A stretch of DNA of 64,000 bases from Vampirovibrio sp. (GCA_050916035.1 CP050876.1:410372-474371), one strand, 5' to 3'. Numbered from the stretch's first letter, positions 1 through 10,694 are shown. Made by a program: numbers and translations. Notes: a model not told the origin generated them from the sequence alone.

Positions 1-151
1 CAAATACTAAAAGAGAAAAGTCATTTAGAAAACACTGGGATTCTAAATATTCGTTTGTATAAGCTCTATTTATATCCACTTTTTCTAATCCCACGCATTA
101 ACAAGTTGTTAAGGGGACTCATCAAACATTTATTACTTATCATGGAATAAT

Positions 152-1084
152 TCACCTGTCACTGAATTCATAACCAAATTCTTCTTTAAGACAGAGCCTT
201 ATTTTTTCTTTTTGATACACGTTTTTAATCCCTGCCTGTTCTTCCCAAACCGAATGGCCTGAATGACCTTGCCAACAATGTTGATAATAATGGTCCCTCA
301 GATCTTGAGAAGGAAGAGGATCTGTAAAGGCATAACCCAATTTCATGATTTTATCAAACCAATACGCAGCGGTATCTCCCCCATCTTCATGATTACCAAA
401 ATAGCAAGCATGCTGTTTCGCTATTTTTTTTGCAGTCTTTACATTGATCAAACAACACCATTCATTGATACGGCAAGCACGCTCATAATATTTTGGAAAC
501 GCCCCTTTATCACTGGTGGTCAAAGGCCAATACGCATGTGGACGTGTGCCTTCTACTATTTTAGTTGGATGACAGATCATTGAATCTTTACAAATCCAAC
601 ATTGACCCAAATCACCGACTATTGCATAATTTGAGTCACTTTCAATGGTGTCATAATAGAGCTTTAAAATATTTTTTGTAAATTTAATATCGTCATGAAT
701 CACAAAAAGATACTTTTTATCCGTTTCCATTATAGCCCATTGATATCTAATATCGGCCTCCTCAAATAAAGCGTTCTTAAGATAAGCATACACAAAACGG
801 CGCCAAGATTTAAAGGACTTAGGCTTAAAACGCTTGGTCATCAATTGTGTGCCCCAGCCACCTGGTTTTTTATTCACACGCAATTTTAATTGAATAGGCG
901 CCAAACACTCATGTAAGTGAGGATCTATATAATACGCCATCGTCCCATCGTTAGAGCAGTCGTCATTTATATATATCGTATCTATTAAATGTCCACAGGC
1001 TTGCTTTAACGAAAATAAAGTATAAATTAGGGACTCTGGTTTTTTATAGGATTGTATGGCCACATCTACTTTACTTGTCATCAT
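152..1084 (-). CDS. glycosyltransferase family 2 (GT-A fold)
   Basis: The N-terminus 'VDVAIQSYKKPESL...YINDDCSNDGT' matches the GT2 signature, and there is a DxD-like 'VIHDDI'. It lies in the low-GC glycan cluster with other sugar-modifying genes. Confidence 0.6.
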   Translation of the reverse strand: MMTSKVDVAIQSYKKPESLIYTLFSLKQACGHLIDTIYINDDCSNDGTMAYYIDPHLHECLAPIQLKLRVNKKPGGWGTQLMTKRFKPKSFKSWRRFVYAYLKNALFEEADIRYQWAIMETDKKYLFVIHDDIKFTKNILKLYYDTIESDSNYAIVGDLGQCWICKDSMICHPTKIVEGTRPHAYWPLTTSDKGAFPKYYERACRINEWCCLINVKTAKKIAKQHACYFGNHEDGGDTAAYWFDKIMKLGYAFTDPLPSQDLRDHYYQHCWQGHSGHSVWEEQAGIKNVYQKEKIRLCLKEEFGYEFSDR

Positions 1085-1096
1085 TTGGTCCTTCTT

Positions 1097-2602
1097 TTAC
1101 GGGATCTTAAAAAACGCTTTGCACCGTTGGCGGAATGTTTTACTGGGCAATATAGAGATTATGCAGCGTAGTAAAGCGCTTTGACGCGATGATCGAATTT
1201 GATCTTGAGGCGTTTGCATCTTGCACACAAAAATTTCTAAGGCGGTGGGTTTTCGCTTTCTTTGTATCTTAATACGCTGTAAACGATGATTCGAGGGAAA
1301 CTGTTGATGACAGGACACTAAGTGCTTTGAAAAACCCTCAGGCAAGTGGTCACGCTCTAAAATATCGTATAAAGTCTGTGACACCGTAGGCGTATTAAGC
1401 GCTAAAACTGCTTTTTCAATCAGGGCTTCTGGCGTCTCACAAAAAATACCCGCTTCCTGAAAGGTATCCAATTCATTCAACGGCGTTTTCAACGTCAGAC
1501 AAGGAATATTGTATTTAGCAATGTCTAGTAAAGCGGTAAAAGAACTCATCGGAAAGCTATCCATGGCTAAATCCGCCAAACCCAAATACAGCTCTAGTTC
1601 ATTATGGGGAATTTCTCCAAGGCAAAATATTCTCCCCGAGGAAAGCGCCACTGTATTTTGCCAATGTTCATCCGTTTCACTAGGGCCAATCGCCAGTAAC
1701 ACCGCTTCAGGCACCCTATTTAAAATAGACTGCAGGGTAGTCATAAAATCGTAAGGAGCAAACGGTTTATATTTATAGGATGACGCCATGGTGAGCACCA
1801 CTTTAGCCTTCATAGAAATACCTAATCGCTTTTTCAAGGCAGTATTATGGTCCGTATGCTTCATCAAGGGATCAGGCTGTTCAAGGGGTAAGGGCAAAAG
1901 ACATTGCTTACGAATCCCTCGATGCCATTGATTAAATTCGGTAGAAAACGTTCTTAAATTCACCACTAAGTCTGAAATACTCGCCCCAAGCCAAAAAAGA
2001 TGATCCGCATGATTAAAAAACACCACGGGTCTTAAAAAATCTGCCGTCCCAAAAGCCAGCAAAGGCACCATATCATTCATGTGAACCTGTAAAATAACGG
2101 CTTCATAAGCACTTGCCTGTTTTCTTAAGGCCAACGCTTTTTCTATAAAAGGAGAAGCAGGCGGTAAAATAGTCAGGCTCCCGCCACAGTTCGTGACCAG
2201 TTTTTCTAACAAAGGGGGTAAATTCAGAGGGTCCTTCAAATCAGTGATTAACACCGAATGCTTAGAATGAGGCGGTGCATTTTTGATCCAACGCTCCAGC
2301 ACACGCGTATGCCCCCCTGTTAGATAAGGCGTCGTTAAAACATGTAAAAAAGTATTGGGTTTATACGAATTTTCCTGCTCAATCGTATGCCTTTGAGCCA
2401 CTTGTAACAAGGCTTCTTCCAGTTCAGGAAAAACCATGCGATTACACATATTCATCGTACAAAAAGTGGCAAGTTCGGCCAAGGCTTGTAATTTTTCCAC
2501 TTCTACTTTCTTCTTTAAGGCCCGTTTCAATTGGCGCAAAATATGTTTTTCATTATTTAGAATATAAGTTTCTATGGCTTGATCAGACATCACATTAGAC
2601 AT
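1097..2602 (-). CDS. glycosyltransferase, GT4-like (GT-B fold) with N- and C-terminal extensions
   Basis: '[20 protein letters not shown]' resembles the GT4 N-terminal motif. A C-terminal '[23 protein letters not shown]...ALLD' resembles the GT4 nucleotide-sugar binding region. Context is the glycan cluster. Confidence 0.4.
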   Translation of the reverse strand: MSNVMSDQAIETYILNNEKHILRQLKRALKKKVEVEKLQALAELATFCTMNMCNRMVFPELEEALLQVAQRHTIEQENSYKPNTFLHVLTTPYLTGGHTRVLERWIKNAPPHSKHSVLITDLKDPLNLPPLLEKLVTNCGGSLTILPPASPFIEKALALRKQASAYEAVILQVHMNDMVPLLAFGTADFLRPVVFFNHADHLFWLGASISDLVVNLRTFSTEFNQWHRGIRKQCLLPLPLEQPDPLMKHTDHNTALKKRLGISMKAKVVLTMASSYKYKPFAPYDFMTTLQSILNRVPEAVLLAIGPSETDEHWQNTVALSSGRIFCLGEIPHNELELYLGLADLAMDSFPMSSFTALLDIAKYNIPCLTLKTPLNELDTFQEAGIFCETPEALIEKAVLALNTPTVSQTLYDILERDHLPEGFSKHLVSCHQQFPSNHRLQRIKIQRKRKPTALEIFVCKMQTPQDQIRSSRQSALLRCIISILPSKTFRQRCKAFFKIP

Positions 2603-3689
2603 ACGTATTCACCGCCTCCACCACACGAGACACTTGAGCCTTGCTTAAAACGGGTGATATCGGGAGGCTCAACACCTCTCGGTGGATTTGCTCCGTCACA
2701 GGGAAAGACGCCCTATTCCATTCAGGATACGCCTGTTGCTGATGAGGAGGAATCGGATAATGCACCAAGGTTTGAATCCCCTGCGCCTTTAAATAGTCTT
2801 GTAAGGCGTATCGATGGGCCGTTCGCACCACAAACAGGTGAAACACATGGGCCTGCCAATCTTGAACGGTGGGCAACACAATAGCGGGATTCTGAATCTC
2901 ACACAAGTAACGTTTCGCCACGTAACGACGCGCGTCATTACTGGCATCTAAATCAGGGAGCTTGACCTGAAGCACCGCCGCTTGCAGTTCATCCAATCGA
3001 GAGTTCACCCCCTGATAACGATTTTCATATTTTACGGCAGAGCCATAATTTCGCAGTATCGCTATTTTTTCGGCCAAGGCGTCGTCATGGGTCGTCACCG
3101 CGCCACCATCTCCTAATGCTCCCAAATTCTTACCTGGGTAGAAACTAAAACCTGTCGCATCCCCCAGAGACCCCACCCGTTCCTTACGATAAGGATAAAA
3201 CGCACCATGGGCTTGCGCTGCATCTTCAATCACTTTTAAGTTGTATTGTTTCGCCACCTGCAGGATAGGGCCCATATCAACCGCTTGACCATATAAATGC
3301 ACCACCATAATTGCCTTGGTTTTTGGCGTAATCGCCGATTCTATTTGAGCGCTGTTGATATTATACGTGTGCAAACAGGGTTCCACCAAAACGGGGGTCA
3401 ACTGATTTTGTGAAATCGCTAAAATACTGGCAATATAGGTATTGGCGGGGACAATCACTTCACTGCCTGCTTCAAACGCATAGGCCTTAAGAATCAGACT
3501 TAACGCATCCAAACCATTGGCCACCCCAATGCAATGTTTAACGCCGCAATAATCAGAAAAAGCCTGAGCGAATCGTTCATTTTCCTGCCCAAGGAGATAC
3601 CAGCCTGAGTCTAGCACACGCTGAAAAGCCTCGTCCAACGCAGGACGATACACCGCATTCATCGCCTTTAAATCAAGAAAAGGAATCAT
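2595..3689 (-). CDS. DegT/DnrJ/EryC1/StrS-family PLP-dependent sugar aminotransferase (FdtB/WecE-like)
   Basis: Typical family N-terminus '[40 protein letters not shown]...'. It sits near FdtA-like and FdtC-like genes. Confidence 0.8.
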   Translation of the reverse strand: MIPFLDLKAMNAVYRPALDEAFQRVLDSGWYLLGQENERFAQAFSDYCGVKHCIGVANGLDALSLILKAYAFEAGSEVIVPANTYIASILAISQNQLTPVLVEPCLHTYNINSAQIESAITPKTKAIMVVHLYGQAVDMGPILQVAKQYNLKVIEDAAQAHGAFYPYRKERVGSLGDATGFSFYPGKNLGALGDGGAVTTHDDALAEKIAILRNYGSAVKYENRYQGVNSRLDELQAAVLQVKLPDLDASNDARRYVAKRYLCEIQNPAIVLPTVQDWQAHVFHLFVVRTAHRYALQDYLKAQGIQTLVHYPIPPHQQQAYPEWNRASFPVTEQIHREVLSLPISPVLSKAQVSRVVEAVNTYV

Positions 3690-4597
3690 AACACCAACCT
3701 CTTCAAATCCGAAGTCAATTTAGACGCGCCTGCTTCAGTAAGATGATCAAAATCACCAAAATCTTCCCACTCGAACTGTGAATCTGAAAAATAGTTGCAT
3801 AGGGTAATATCTTGCCCCTCAATCATTGAGTACAAAGAAGCAAATAATTCAGATTCATGAGGTAAACAATCCAAATAATCTCTTCTTGCAGGAGGAATTA
3901 AAATAAACACGTCCATCCCTTCCTGCTGGGCCATGTCAATAAAACGAATCAAGTAAGAAAGAACATCATTTTTTCTCTCATTTTCCCTTAAATGTGTTTT
4001 TACTCTCTCTTTGACAGGAGCATTTTGATCAAAATAACGATTTAACCGAACATAGCCTTGTGTATTAACCCTGTCTTTTACCAAAGGAAATCGCTTTTTA
4101 CTTAAGGATTTATACACTTTATAAAGCCCCCCTAGGTTCTGGTCATCAGGCAGTTTATAGTCAATATCATATAAGCATTTAAAATAATTACACACCTCAT
4201 AATCAATTGTTTTTTGGACTTCTAAGCCTGAGGAAAAAACAGAATACACTAAAATAATTCGTTTAAGTTTAAGCGACTTTTTCAATTTATTCATTAAATG
4301 AAAAGAATAATACAGGTCTTGGCTGGTTGAACACAAATTAAAACTATTGGGTGAAAATTGAGGCGTATCAATACCATAAGCCCCATGAGAAGAACCTAAA
4401 ATCAAAGTATCGATCGACGACATATTTTGTTTCAGCATCCAAAATTTTTGGCTTATTTCATGTTCATAAAAACCATGAGACAGAGATTTACCACGAAAAA
4501 AATCAATCCATTTTTGTATCAAAGGGAGTTTCATTCTAATTCCTTTTACGAAAAGAGCAGGACGGTCAATATCAACTGCACTGAATAAAGATCTCAA
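3686..4597 (-). CDS. hypothetical protein, possible SGNH/DltD-like hydrolase (glycan O-acyl modification?)
   Basis: 303-aa ORF at about 33% GC. '[11 protein letters not shown]' resembles the GDS(L) block I and the C-terminal 'DFDHLTEAG' resembles the Asp/His block V. The real start may be the M at 4534. Similarity is only motif-level. Confidence 0.3.
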   Translation of the reverse strand: MRSLFSAVDIDRPALFVKGIRMKLPLIQKWIDFFRGKSLSHGFYEHEISQKFWMLKQNMSSIDTLILGSSHGAYGIDTPQFSPNSFNLCSTSQDLYYSFHLMNKLKKSLKLKRIILVYSVFSSGLEVQKTIDYEVCNYFKCLYDIDYKLPDDQNLGGLYKVYKSLSKKRFPLVKDRVNTQGYVRLNRYFDQNAPVKERVKTHLRENERKNDVLSYLIRFIDMAQQEGMDVFILIPPARRDYLDCLPHESELFASLYSMIEGQDITLCNYFSDSQFEWEDFGDFDHLTEAGASKLTSDLKRLVL

Positions 4598-5273
4598 AAA
4601 GAGATATTAAATATGTTTGGTACGATATTAAAATCTTCTTTTTGTTTCGTCAGCCCTAATATTTCGAACACTTTTTCGTCAATAACTGCGTCTGCATAAA
4701 TATATTCCGTTCCTTCTTTTATGGTATTGGTCGCATTTCTAAACTTTTTAAGTAAATTTCTTCGTACCCAACTCATGTGATGGCAAACCACAACATCGTA
4801 CATAAATATATAAGGATGTTTAATGTGATTTAAACACCGTGTAGGATCAACTACAATAGGAGCATTGCTTTGGGTACACAATCTACGTTGAGAGGTTAAT
4901 TGTGAGATAAAAGGAATGGCGTAGTTGGCAATTTCTTTTTGTTGATATTGGGGAGTATTAACGTAATTTCTATGAAAACAAAAGGTGGTATCATAATTGT
5001 GTTTTAAGATTTTTTCTTTGGCCCACTGTATTTCTTCCGCGTGATAGAACTCATCTACATCCATCACAAGTAAATAATTACATTTTGCCTTTCGTACGGC
5101 TTGAACGCCTATATTTCTTTTGAAAAGTTCATTATCTATTGATGTTTTTAAAGCATCAGGTTCAAAGAAAATAATTTCATCAATAAGCTTTTTTTCTTTT
5201 AATGAAAGTAGCAAGTCATAAAGACAAGCCTCTGCAGGTTCTCCATGCCAAGAAGTGCTTTGGTAGACGACAT
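4594..5273 (-). pseudogene. C-terminal fragment of a glycosyltransferase-like gene split by the IS element
   Basis: The track ORF 4594..5289 has its apparent 'MSTLP' start codon inside the IS terminal repeat (ATGTCGACA). There is no native start before Met76. The fragment contains the DxD-like 'YLLVMDVDEF'. It is in frame with the 6118..6350 fragment once the IS and one TA are removed. Confidence 0.5.
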
Positions 5274-5289
5274 TAGGTAGTGTCGACAT

Positions 5290-5736
5290 TTACTTAAGCC
5301 ATAAACAAATAGAAGCAAGATGAACAAAAGACAAATAAGCCACATCTAATTTATCGTAACGGGTTGCCATTCGCCTGAAGTTTTTAAGGTCTTTAAACAA
5401 GTTTTCTACCAAGTGGCGAGCCTTGTAAAGGAAGTAATCGACTTGACGAGGAGCCACCGCATTGCTTTTATTAGGGATGACCACTTCAGCCCCCATGAGG
5501 TGAATCGCCTCAAATATTTGTTCTGAAACATAGCCCTTGTCCGCCAAAACCGCCGTGGCTTCAAGCCCTTTTAACAAAGGGATGGCTTGGGTTGAGTCGG
5601 AAACCTGCCCTGCGGTGACGATAAAGCGAACGGGGTTGCCGTGGCTGTCACAAACGGCGTGAAGCTTGCTCGTATAGCCCCCTGACGATCGTCCTAACGC
5701 TTGTTTTCCGGCACTTTTTTTGCCCCTGCTGAACAC
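5290..5736 (-). CDS. IS transposase OrfB (DDE catalytic part, presumably fused to OrfA by -1 frameshift)
   Basis: 148-aa product identical to ORF 48028..48474. It overlaps orfA by 43 nt in the -1 frame, which is the typical IS427-group organisation. Confidence 0.8.
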   Translation of the reverse strand: MFSRGKKSAGKQALGRSSGGYTSKLHAVCDSHGNPVRFIVTAGQVSDSTQAIPLLKGLEATAVLADKGYVSEQIFEAIHLMGAEVVIPNKSNAVAPRQVDYFLYKARHLVENLFKDLKNFRRMATRYDKLDVAYLSFVHLASICLWLK

Positions 5737-6050
5737 TGGTGGGCGCGAATAATCGTCGAATCAATCATAAGCCATTCGGTATCTGCCGATGTGGCAAGGG
5801 TGTTGAAAATCATTTGCCAAATGCCTTGTTTCGCCCAACGAATGAAGCGCTTGTGAACACTGCTCCACTTGCCGTAATAATAGGGAAGCGACCTCCATCT
5901 TCCCCCGTTTCGCCCCATCCATAATACCGCTTCTACAAAAAGACGGTTGTTTTCGGCAGTGCGTCCTCTATGATGCGACTGACCAGGTAGAGCCTCTTTT
6001 ATCTGATTCCATTGGGCTTTAGACAACTCGTATTGAATATAATCGTTCAT
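5694..6050 (-). CDS. IS transposase OrfA (HTH part)
   Basis: 118-aa product 'MNDYIQYELSKAQWNQIKEALPGQSHHRGRTAENNRLFVEAV...' is identical to ORF 47714..48070. It ends at an A7G slippery run (T-run 5715..5721 on the plus strand). Confidence 0.8.
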   Translation of the reverse strand: MNDYIQYELSKAQWNQIKEALPGQSHHRGRTAENNRLFVEAVLWMGRNGGRWRSLPYYYGKWSSVHKRFIRWAKQGIWQMIFNTLATSADTEWLMIDSTIIRAHQCSAGAKKVPENKR

Positions 6051-6117
6051 AATAAATCCCTCAAAACAACTAGATCTTGGATTTATTATATCATTATTTA
6101 TATGTCGACACTACCTA

Positions 6118-6350
6118 ATATAATGGGCAGAAGATCTCACCGATTGCAAAGAGGCTTCTAACAGTTCCTCTCCGTCAAATAAGCTATAGGTAATCCCTAG
6201 TTTAAAGGTCTCTATCTTTTTAGACAAGGAGAAGAGCTTGATTGACTCTCTTGCATTTCTACGTTTTTTTCTACTGAATGAAACGCAATCAAGATATTGT
6301 GATAGGGTTTTCACCCTTTTTCCCGCTTGAATCATAATCTGTTTTAACAT
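6118..6350 (-). pseudogene. N-terminal fragment of the same IS-split glycosyltransferase-like gene
   Basis: The stop codon of track ORF 6111..6350 (CTA 6111..6113 on the plus strand) lies inside the IS terminal repeat. '...ITYSLFDGEELLEASLQSV' resembles a GT2-type N-terminal motif. The reading frame continues into 5275 after 5276..6117 is removed. Confidence 0.45.
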
Positions 6351-6353
6351 GAG

Positions 6354-6806
6354 CTAATGAATACTCCTTGCGGGATTACCGATAACCGTTGTATGCGCGG
6401 GGACGTCCTTCGTAACCACGGCACCCGCTCCCACCATGGCATGTTGACCAATGGTCACCCCAGGTAAAATCGTGGCATTCGCCCCGATTGAGGCCCCTGC
6501 TTCAATGGTAATGCCTTGCAGCAGAAAGTCTCGATTCCCCGATTGAGGGTACTTGTCATTACAAAAGGTGACATTCGGACCAATAAAGACATCATCCGCA
6601 ATACGAAGCCCATCCCACAACTGCACCCCATTTTTAACCGTGACCCGATTACCCAGTACCACCTTGTTTTCAATCAAGACATGGGCGCAAATGTTACAGT
6701 CTTCCCCAATTTGAGCCTCTGGCAAAATAACACAAAACTGCCAAATACGTGTTCCTTTCCCAATATGGGGGCTTTGTACATCTGACAGAGGATGAATAAA
6801 CGTCAT
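6354..6806 (-). CDS. hexapeptide-repeat sugar N-acetyltransferase (FdtC/WxcM C-domain-like)
   Basis: Left-handed beta-helix hexapeptide repeats are visible ('[49 protein letters not shown]'). It overlaps the FdtA-like gene by 4 bp. Confidence 0.7.
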   Translation of the reverse strand: MTFIHPLSDVQSPHIGKGTRIWQFCVILPEAQIGEDCNICAHVLIENKVVLGNRVTVKNGVQLWDGLRIADDVFIGPNVTFCNDKYPQSGNRDFLLQGITIEAGASIGANATILPGVTIGQHAMVGAGAVVTKDVPAHTTVIGNPARSIH

Positions 6807-7207
6807 GAGCCAGACACCTCTTTCAAAAAGTCGTCGTAGTCGCGGATGTATTCTTCAGGGTGGTAATGAGCGCTGGCCAAGACCAACAGCACGCAGCCTT
6901 GCGAAAAATCAAACATCTCTCTCCATAACATTTTACCCACATACAAGCCTTTTTCAGGGGTATTGAGTTCAAAAACCCCGACGATTTGGCCGTCATCCAC
7001 CTTGACCTTACAAGACCCATTAACACACACCAAAACTTGTTCTAAATCTCTATGCGCGTGGGAGCCGCGGGGGACGTCTCGCTTGGTGTCGTAAATATAG
7101 TAAATGCGTTGAATGTCAAACGGAATGTTTTTTTGAGATTCTAAAGAAACCAAGCTCCCGCGAAGATCACCAAAAGCCTTAAAGTCCAATAAATGGTAGT
7201 TAGGCAT
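6803..7207 (-). CDS. FdtA/WxcM-like cupin, NDP-4-keto-6-deoxyhexose 3,4-ketoisomerase
   Basis: 134-aa product with '[35 protein letters not shown]...', matching the FdtA family size and His motif. Confidence 0.6.
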   Translation of the reverse strand: MPNYHLLDFKAFGDLRGSLVSLESQKNIPFDIQRIYYIYDTKRDVPRGSHAHRDLEQVLVCVNGSCKVKVDDGQIVGVFELNTPEKGLYVGKMLWREMFDFSQGCVLLVLASAHYHPEEYIRDYDDFLKEVSGS

Positions 7208-7300
7208 AGTGAAAAATCCTTTACATCCAACATGACTTTAATTATACAGGTAAGACTTCTTTTGAACAGGCTGACCTAGTTCGTGATATAAAATACTCGA

Positions 7301-8389
7301 TTACTCTATTTCTCGATGCACAGGGTAGCCTTCTGTCAGCAAGAGCTTTTCCTTCTGAGCGTCTTTCAAATCCTCGTGAATCATTTCCTTTACCAAGTCC
7401 GCCAATTGGTACTGAGGCGTCCACCCCAGTGCGTGACGCGCTTTAGACGCGTCCCCCAATAATAAATCCACCTCCGTAGGACGAAAATACGTAGGGTCCA
7501 CTTCAATCACAACCTTACCTGTGGCGGTATCCACCCCTTTTTCATCCACGCCTTGTCCTTGCCAAACCAAGTGAATACCCAGTTCGGCAAAGGCCATTTG
7601 GCAAAAATCACGAATTGTGGTGGTCACCCCTGTGGCTAAAACATAATCTTCTGGGCGCTCCTGCTGCAAAACGCGCCACATGCCTTCCACATAATCTTTG
7701 GCATGGCCCCAATCTCGTTGAGCGTCTAAATTGCCCAAGTATAGTTTTTCTTCCAAGCCTAATTTAATGCGTACCGCCGCACGGGTAACTTTACGCGTGA
7801 CGAAGGTTTCACCTCGGCGTGGGCTTTCATGATTAAATAGAATGCCATTACACGCAAACATATTATAACTTTCACGGTAGTTAATGGTAATCCAATACGC
7901 ATAGATTTTGGCACAGGCGTAAGGCGAACGCGGATAAAAAGGCGTGCTTTCTCGCTGAGGGGTTTCCTGCACCAAGCCAAACAATTCCGACGTTGAGGCT
8001 TGATAAAACTTGGTCTTGGCTTCTAAGCCTAAAATACGAAGGGCTTCCAGCAACCTTAAGGTGCCTAAGCCGTCCACATTGGCGGTGTATTCAGGGCAAT
8101 CAAAGGAGACTTTTACATGAGATTGTGCCGCCAAGTTGTAGATTTCATCAGGCTGAATGCGCTGTACCAATCGAATCAAATTGGTGCTGTCGGTTAAATC
8201 ACCATAATGTAATTTAAAGCGAAGGTCTTCGTCGTGTGGATCCTGAAAGAGGTGATCAATCCGACTGGTATTTAAAGAAGACGCTCGACGCTTAATGCCG
8301 TGGACTTCATAGCCCTTGGCGAGTAAAAGTTCTGCCAAATAACTACCATCTTGCCCGGTTATCCCTGTAATTAAAGCTACTTTTTTCAT
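7301..8389 (-). CDS. gmd: GDP-mannose 4,6-dehydratase
   Basis: '[32 protein letters not shown]...' is the canonical Gmd N-terminus. It has the full-length SDR-fold dehydratase signature '[10 protein letters not shown]'. Confidence 0.9.
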   Translation of the reverse strand: MKKVALITGITGQDGSYLAELLLAKGYEVHGIKRRASSLNTSRIDHLFQDPHDEDLRFKLHYGDLTDSTNLIRLVQRIQPDEIYNLAAQSHVKVSFDCPEYTANVDGLGTLRLLEALRILGLEAKTKFYQASTSELFGLVQETPQRESTPFYPRSPYACAKIYAYWITINYRESYNMFACNGILFNHESPRRGETFVTRKVTRAAVRIKLGLEEKLYLGNLDAQRDWGHAKDYVEGMWRVLQQERPEDYVLATGVTTTIRDFCQMAFAELGIHLVWQGQGVDEKGVDTATGKVVIEVDPTYFRPTEVDLLLGDASKARHALGWTPQYQLADLVKEMIHEDLKDAQKEKLLLTEGYPVHREIE

Positions 8390-8462
8390 CGATTCAAATC
8401 CTTCATATACTTTGATACGGCTTTATAAAACGCAAGAATTCCCTTGGCTCAGCAATAAAAGA

Positions 8463-9638
8463 CTAAGCATTTAAAACCTGAACCAAGTAATCAATCTTGT
8501 CTTTAATATCAAATTGATGGTTGCCCACAAAAAATCCTTGTTGATCAATGTAGTCTGCTTGACGCAAGTCTCCTGAAATTTCATAATCAAAGTAAGACAA
8601 CACCTTGTTTTTCACAAAATTCCCCGCCACAATAGGACGACAATCAATCTGATGCGCCTCTAGTTTTTGAACCAATTCAGATCGCTTTAAAGTGGATTCA
8701 GGGCGAATCATCAACGCAAAGCCAAACCAAGAACTTTGGCCTATTTCTTGTTGAATCATCAAATCAGGGTGATCTTGAAAACGTTCTTGAAAATATCGCG
8801 CGTTTTCTCGACGAATCTTCAAAAACTCAGGGAGCTTCTGTAATTGTGTTAATCCTGTAGCGCCTGACATTTCTAAAGGGCGTACATTATAGCCCGGTAA
8901 AATAAAACGAAAGGCCTCTTCAAAGGTCTGCGCTGATTTTTGACAAAGGGTATTGTCGTCGCCAAGGTGTCGCGTCCACCCATGAGAGCGTAAGCAGACC
9001 AAGATGTCTCTCAAATGTTCATCATCCGTCACAATGACCCCACCTTCCATCGTGGAAATATGGTGGGAGAAAAATCCAGAAAACGTCCCCATTAATCCAA
9101 AGGTGCCTGCTTGCTTGCCTTTAAATGTGGCCCCCAGCGATTCACAGTTATCTTCCAGTAAAATGATATTTTTATCTTGAATCAAGGCCTGAAGACGATC
9201 AAAATCGTTGGGATTTCCTAATAAATTAACGGCCAAAATTGCTTTGGTCTTAGGCGTAATGGCGGCTTCTAAGGCGTCTAAATCAAAATTGAGCGTCTCT
9301 GTCGACACATCCACAAATTTAAGCTTTAATCCATATTGATATAAGGGATAATACGTGGTAGGCCACGACACCGCAGGGACAATGACTTCATCTCCGCGTT
9401 GAAGCTTTGGACTGTTGGTATAAAACAAGCTGGCAATCATTAATAAATTAGCGCTTGACCCTGAATTCACCATCACCGCATAACGAGACCCCACATACGC
9501 GGCAAACGCACGTTCAAATTCAAAAACCTTGGCGCCCATAGTCGTTTGATGCAAGTCTGCCAATTTTTTAATGGCGTCTACCTCTTGCGCGTCCCACGAA
9601 CTTTCAGCAAGCGGATACCGTGTTTTTGTAATAGTCAT
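8463..9638 (-). CDS. colD: GDP-4-keto-6-deoxy-D-mannose 3-dehydratase-like (ColD-type member of DegT family)
   Basis: DegT-fold protein of 391 aa. The active-site region reads 'FFSHHISTMEGG', with histidines where aminotransferases carry the PLP-binding lysine. That substitution is the known hallmark of ColD. It sits between gmd and an Fcl-like gene. Confidence 0.6.
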   Translation of the reverse strand: MTITKTRYPLAESSWDAQEVDAIKKLADLHQTTMGAKVFEFERAFAAYVGSRYAVMVNSGSSANLLMIASLFYTNSPKLQRGDEVIVPAVSWPTTYYPLYQYGLKLKFVDVSTETLNFDLDALEAAITPKTKAILAVNLLGNPNDFDRLQALIQDKNIILLEDNCESLGATFKGKQAGTFGLMGTFSGFFSHHISTMEGGVIVTDDEHLRDILVCLRSHGWTRHLGDDNTLCQKSAQTFEEAFRFILPGYNVRPLEMSGATGLTQLQKLPEFLKIRRENARYFQERFQDHPDLMIQQEIGQSSWFGFALMIRPESTLKRSELVQKLEAHQIDCRPIVAGNFVKNKVLSYFDYEISGDLRQADYIDQQGFFVGNHQFDIKDKIDYLVQVLNA

Positions 9639-10539
9639 AGGTCTGTCGAACTCCTTCTTCTAATGAAATTTCAGGGATAAAACCAAAGGCGCTTTGCTTT
9701 TGTACGTCTACCAATTTTTGAGCCATCCCCGAAGGTTTGCTTAAATCATGAACAAAAGTACCCTGAAAACCCAGTACCTTGGCAATCGTTTCATAGTAGT
9801 CATTAATCGTATAGTCGTAGCCTAAGCCCACATTCATTAAATCAGGCAAGTCTTCAAAACGAGGGATTGCCATTTCAATAAAACGCGCCAAATCTTCAGT
9901 GTACATAAATTCTCGACGTGCCAAGCCGTCCCCCCAAATCTGAACCTCAGGGAGCTCTTGGGTAATCGCCTGATCTATTTTTTTAATCACGGCAGGAATC
10001 ATATGCGAATGCGCGTCTGAAAATTTATCATAGGGACCATACAAATTACAAGGAATCAATGTCTTATAGTGAAAGTGTGGATTTTCACGGCCAATATAGG
10101 TACATAAGCGAGCCACCGCACATTTGGCCAAGGCATATCCTTCATTGGTGGGTTCTAGTTCCCCTGTCAACACTTGAGACTCCACCAAAGGATTCGTCGC
10201 GTTTTTAGGGTACATACAACTAGAGCCCAAGTTCAGCAGATGCGGAACCCCCAGTGCTTGGGCAGATTTCACCAAATGAAAACCCATCATCATATTTTCA
10301 TATAAAAAAGCGGTGGGTTGAGCGATATTGGCTTGAATCCCTCCCACCTTTCCCGCACAGTGAATAATCAAGTCAGGCGCGTGAGTTGCCAAATAAAGGT
10401 GAACGCTAGAGGCGTTCAATAAGTCTAGCGCTGCTCTTGTGGGCGTTAGCAATTCAAAATGCATGGCCAAGCGCTTGACTAGCGTTCTGCCTACCATACC
10501 CGCCGCACCTGTAATTAAAATCTTTCGAATTTTAGGCAT
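9604..10539 (-). CDS. GDP-L-fucose synthase family epimerase/reductase (Fcl / ColC-like)
   Basis: 'MPKIRKILITGAAGMVGRTLVKRL...' carries the NAD(P)-binding GxxGxxG. The start is set at the ATG at 10539; the track ORF extends to 10635 through an alternative start. It is the last gene of the gmd-colD-like trio. Confidence 0.75.
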   Translation of the reverse strand: MPKIRKILITGAAGMVGRTLVKRLAMHFELLTPTRAALDLLNASSVHLYLATHAPDLIIHCAGKVGGIQANIAQPTAFLYENMMMGFHLVKSAQALGVPHLLNLGSSCMYPKNATNPLVESQVLTGELEPTNEGYALAKCAVARLCTYIGRENPHFHYKTLIPCNLYGPYDKFSDAHSHMIPAVIKKIDQAITQELPEVQIWGDGLARREFMYTEDLARFIEMAIPRFEDLPDLMNVGLGYDYTINDYYETIAKVLGFQGTFVHDLSKPSGMAQKLVDVQKQSAFGFIPEISLEEGVRQTYDYYKNTVSAC

Positions 10540-10694
10540 ATTTTCTGCTTCCCAAGCAACTGTACTCATCCCCTTAGAATAAAATAACACACTACTCTTC
10601 ACTAAATCAAGAAACCCCCTTCCCAAAGCCGCCAAAATAAAGACTTAAAACAGCACAATTGTGCGAATCCCTAATGAATTTATACAAAACACAC

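Larger units (their letters stand above)
5274..6117 (-). mobile_element. IS5-family (IS427/IS1031-like) insertion sequence, copy 1 (core 5276..6115, flanked by TA..TA)
   Basis: 14-bp terminal inverted repeat GGTAGTGTCGACAT at both ends. There are two overlapping transposase ORFs. It is 100% identical at protein level to the second copy at 47647..48490. TA lies on both flanks, and removing 842 bp restores the host ORF frame. Confidence 0.85.

Noticed and set aside
4594-5289. Track ORF with an 'MSTLP' start that looks like a complete 231-aa gene
   Set aside because: The ATG and first five codons are the IS terminal inverted repeat (ATGTCGACACTACC). The same 'MSTLP' artefact appears at the other IS copy (48475..48786). 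I treat it as a truncated pseudogene fragment.
7242-7424. 60-aa minus-strand ORF across the gmd start region
   Set aside because: It overlaps the gmd 5' end in another frame with no ribosome-binding site and an Arg/Ser-rich product. Considered spurious.
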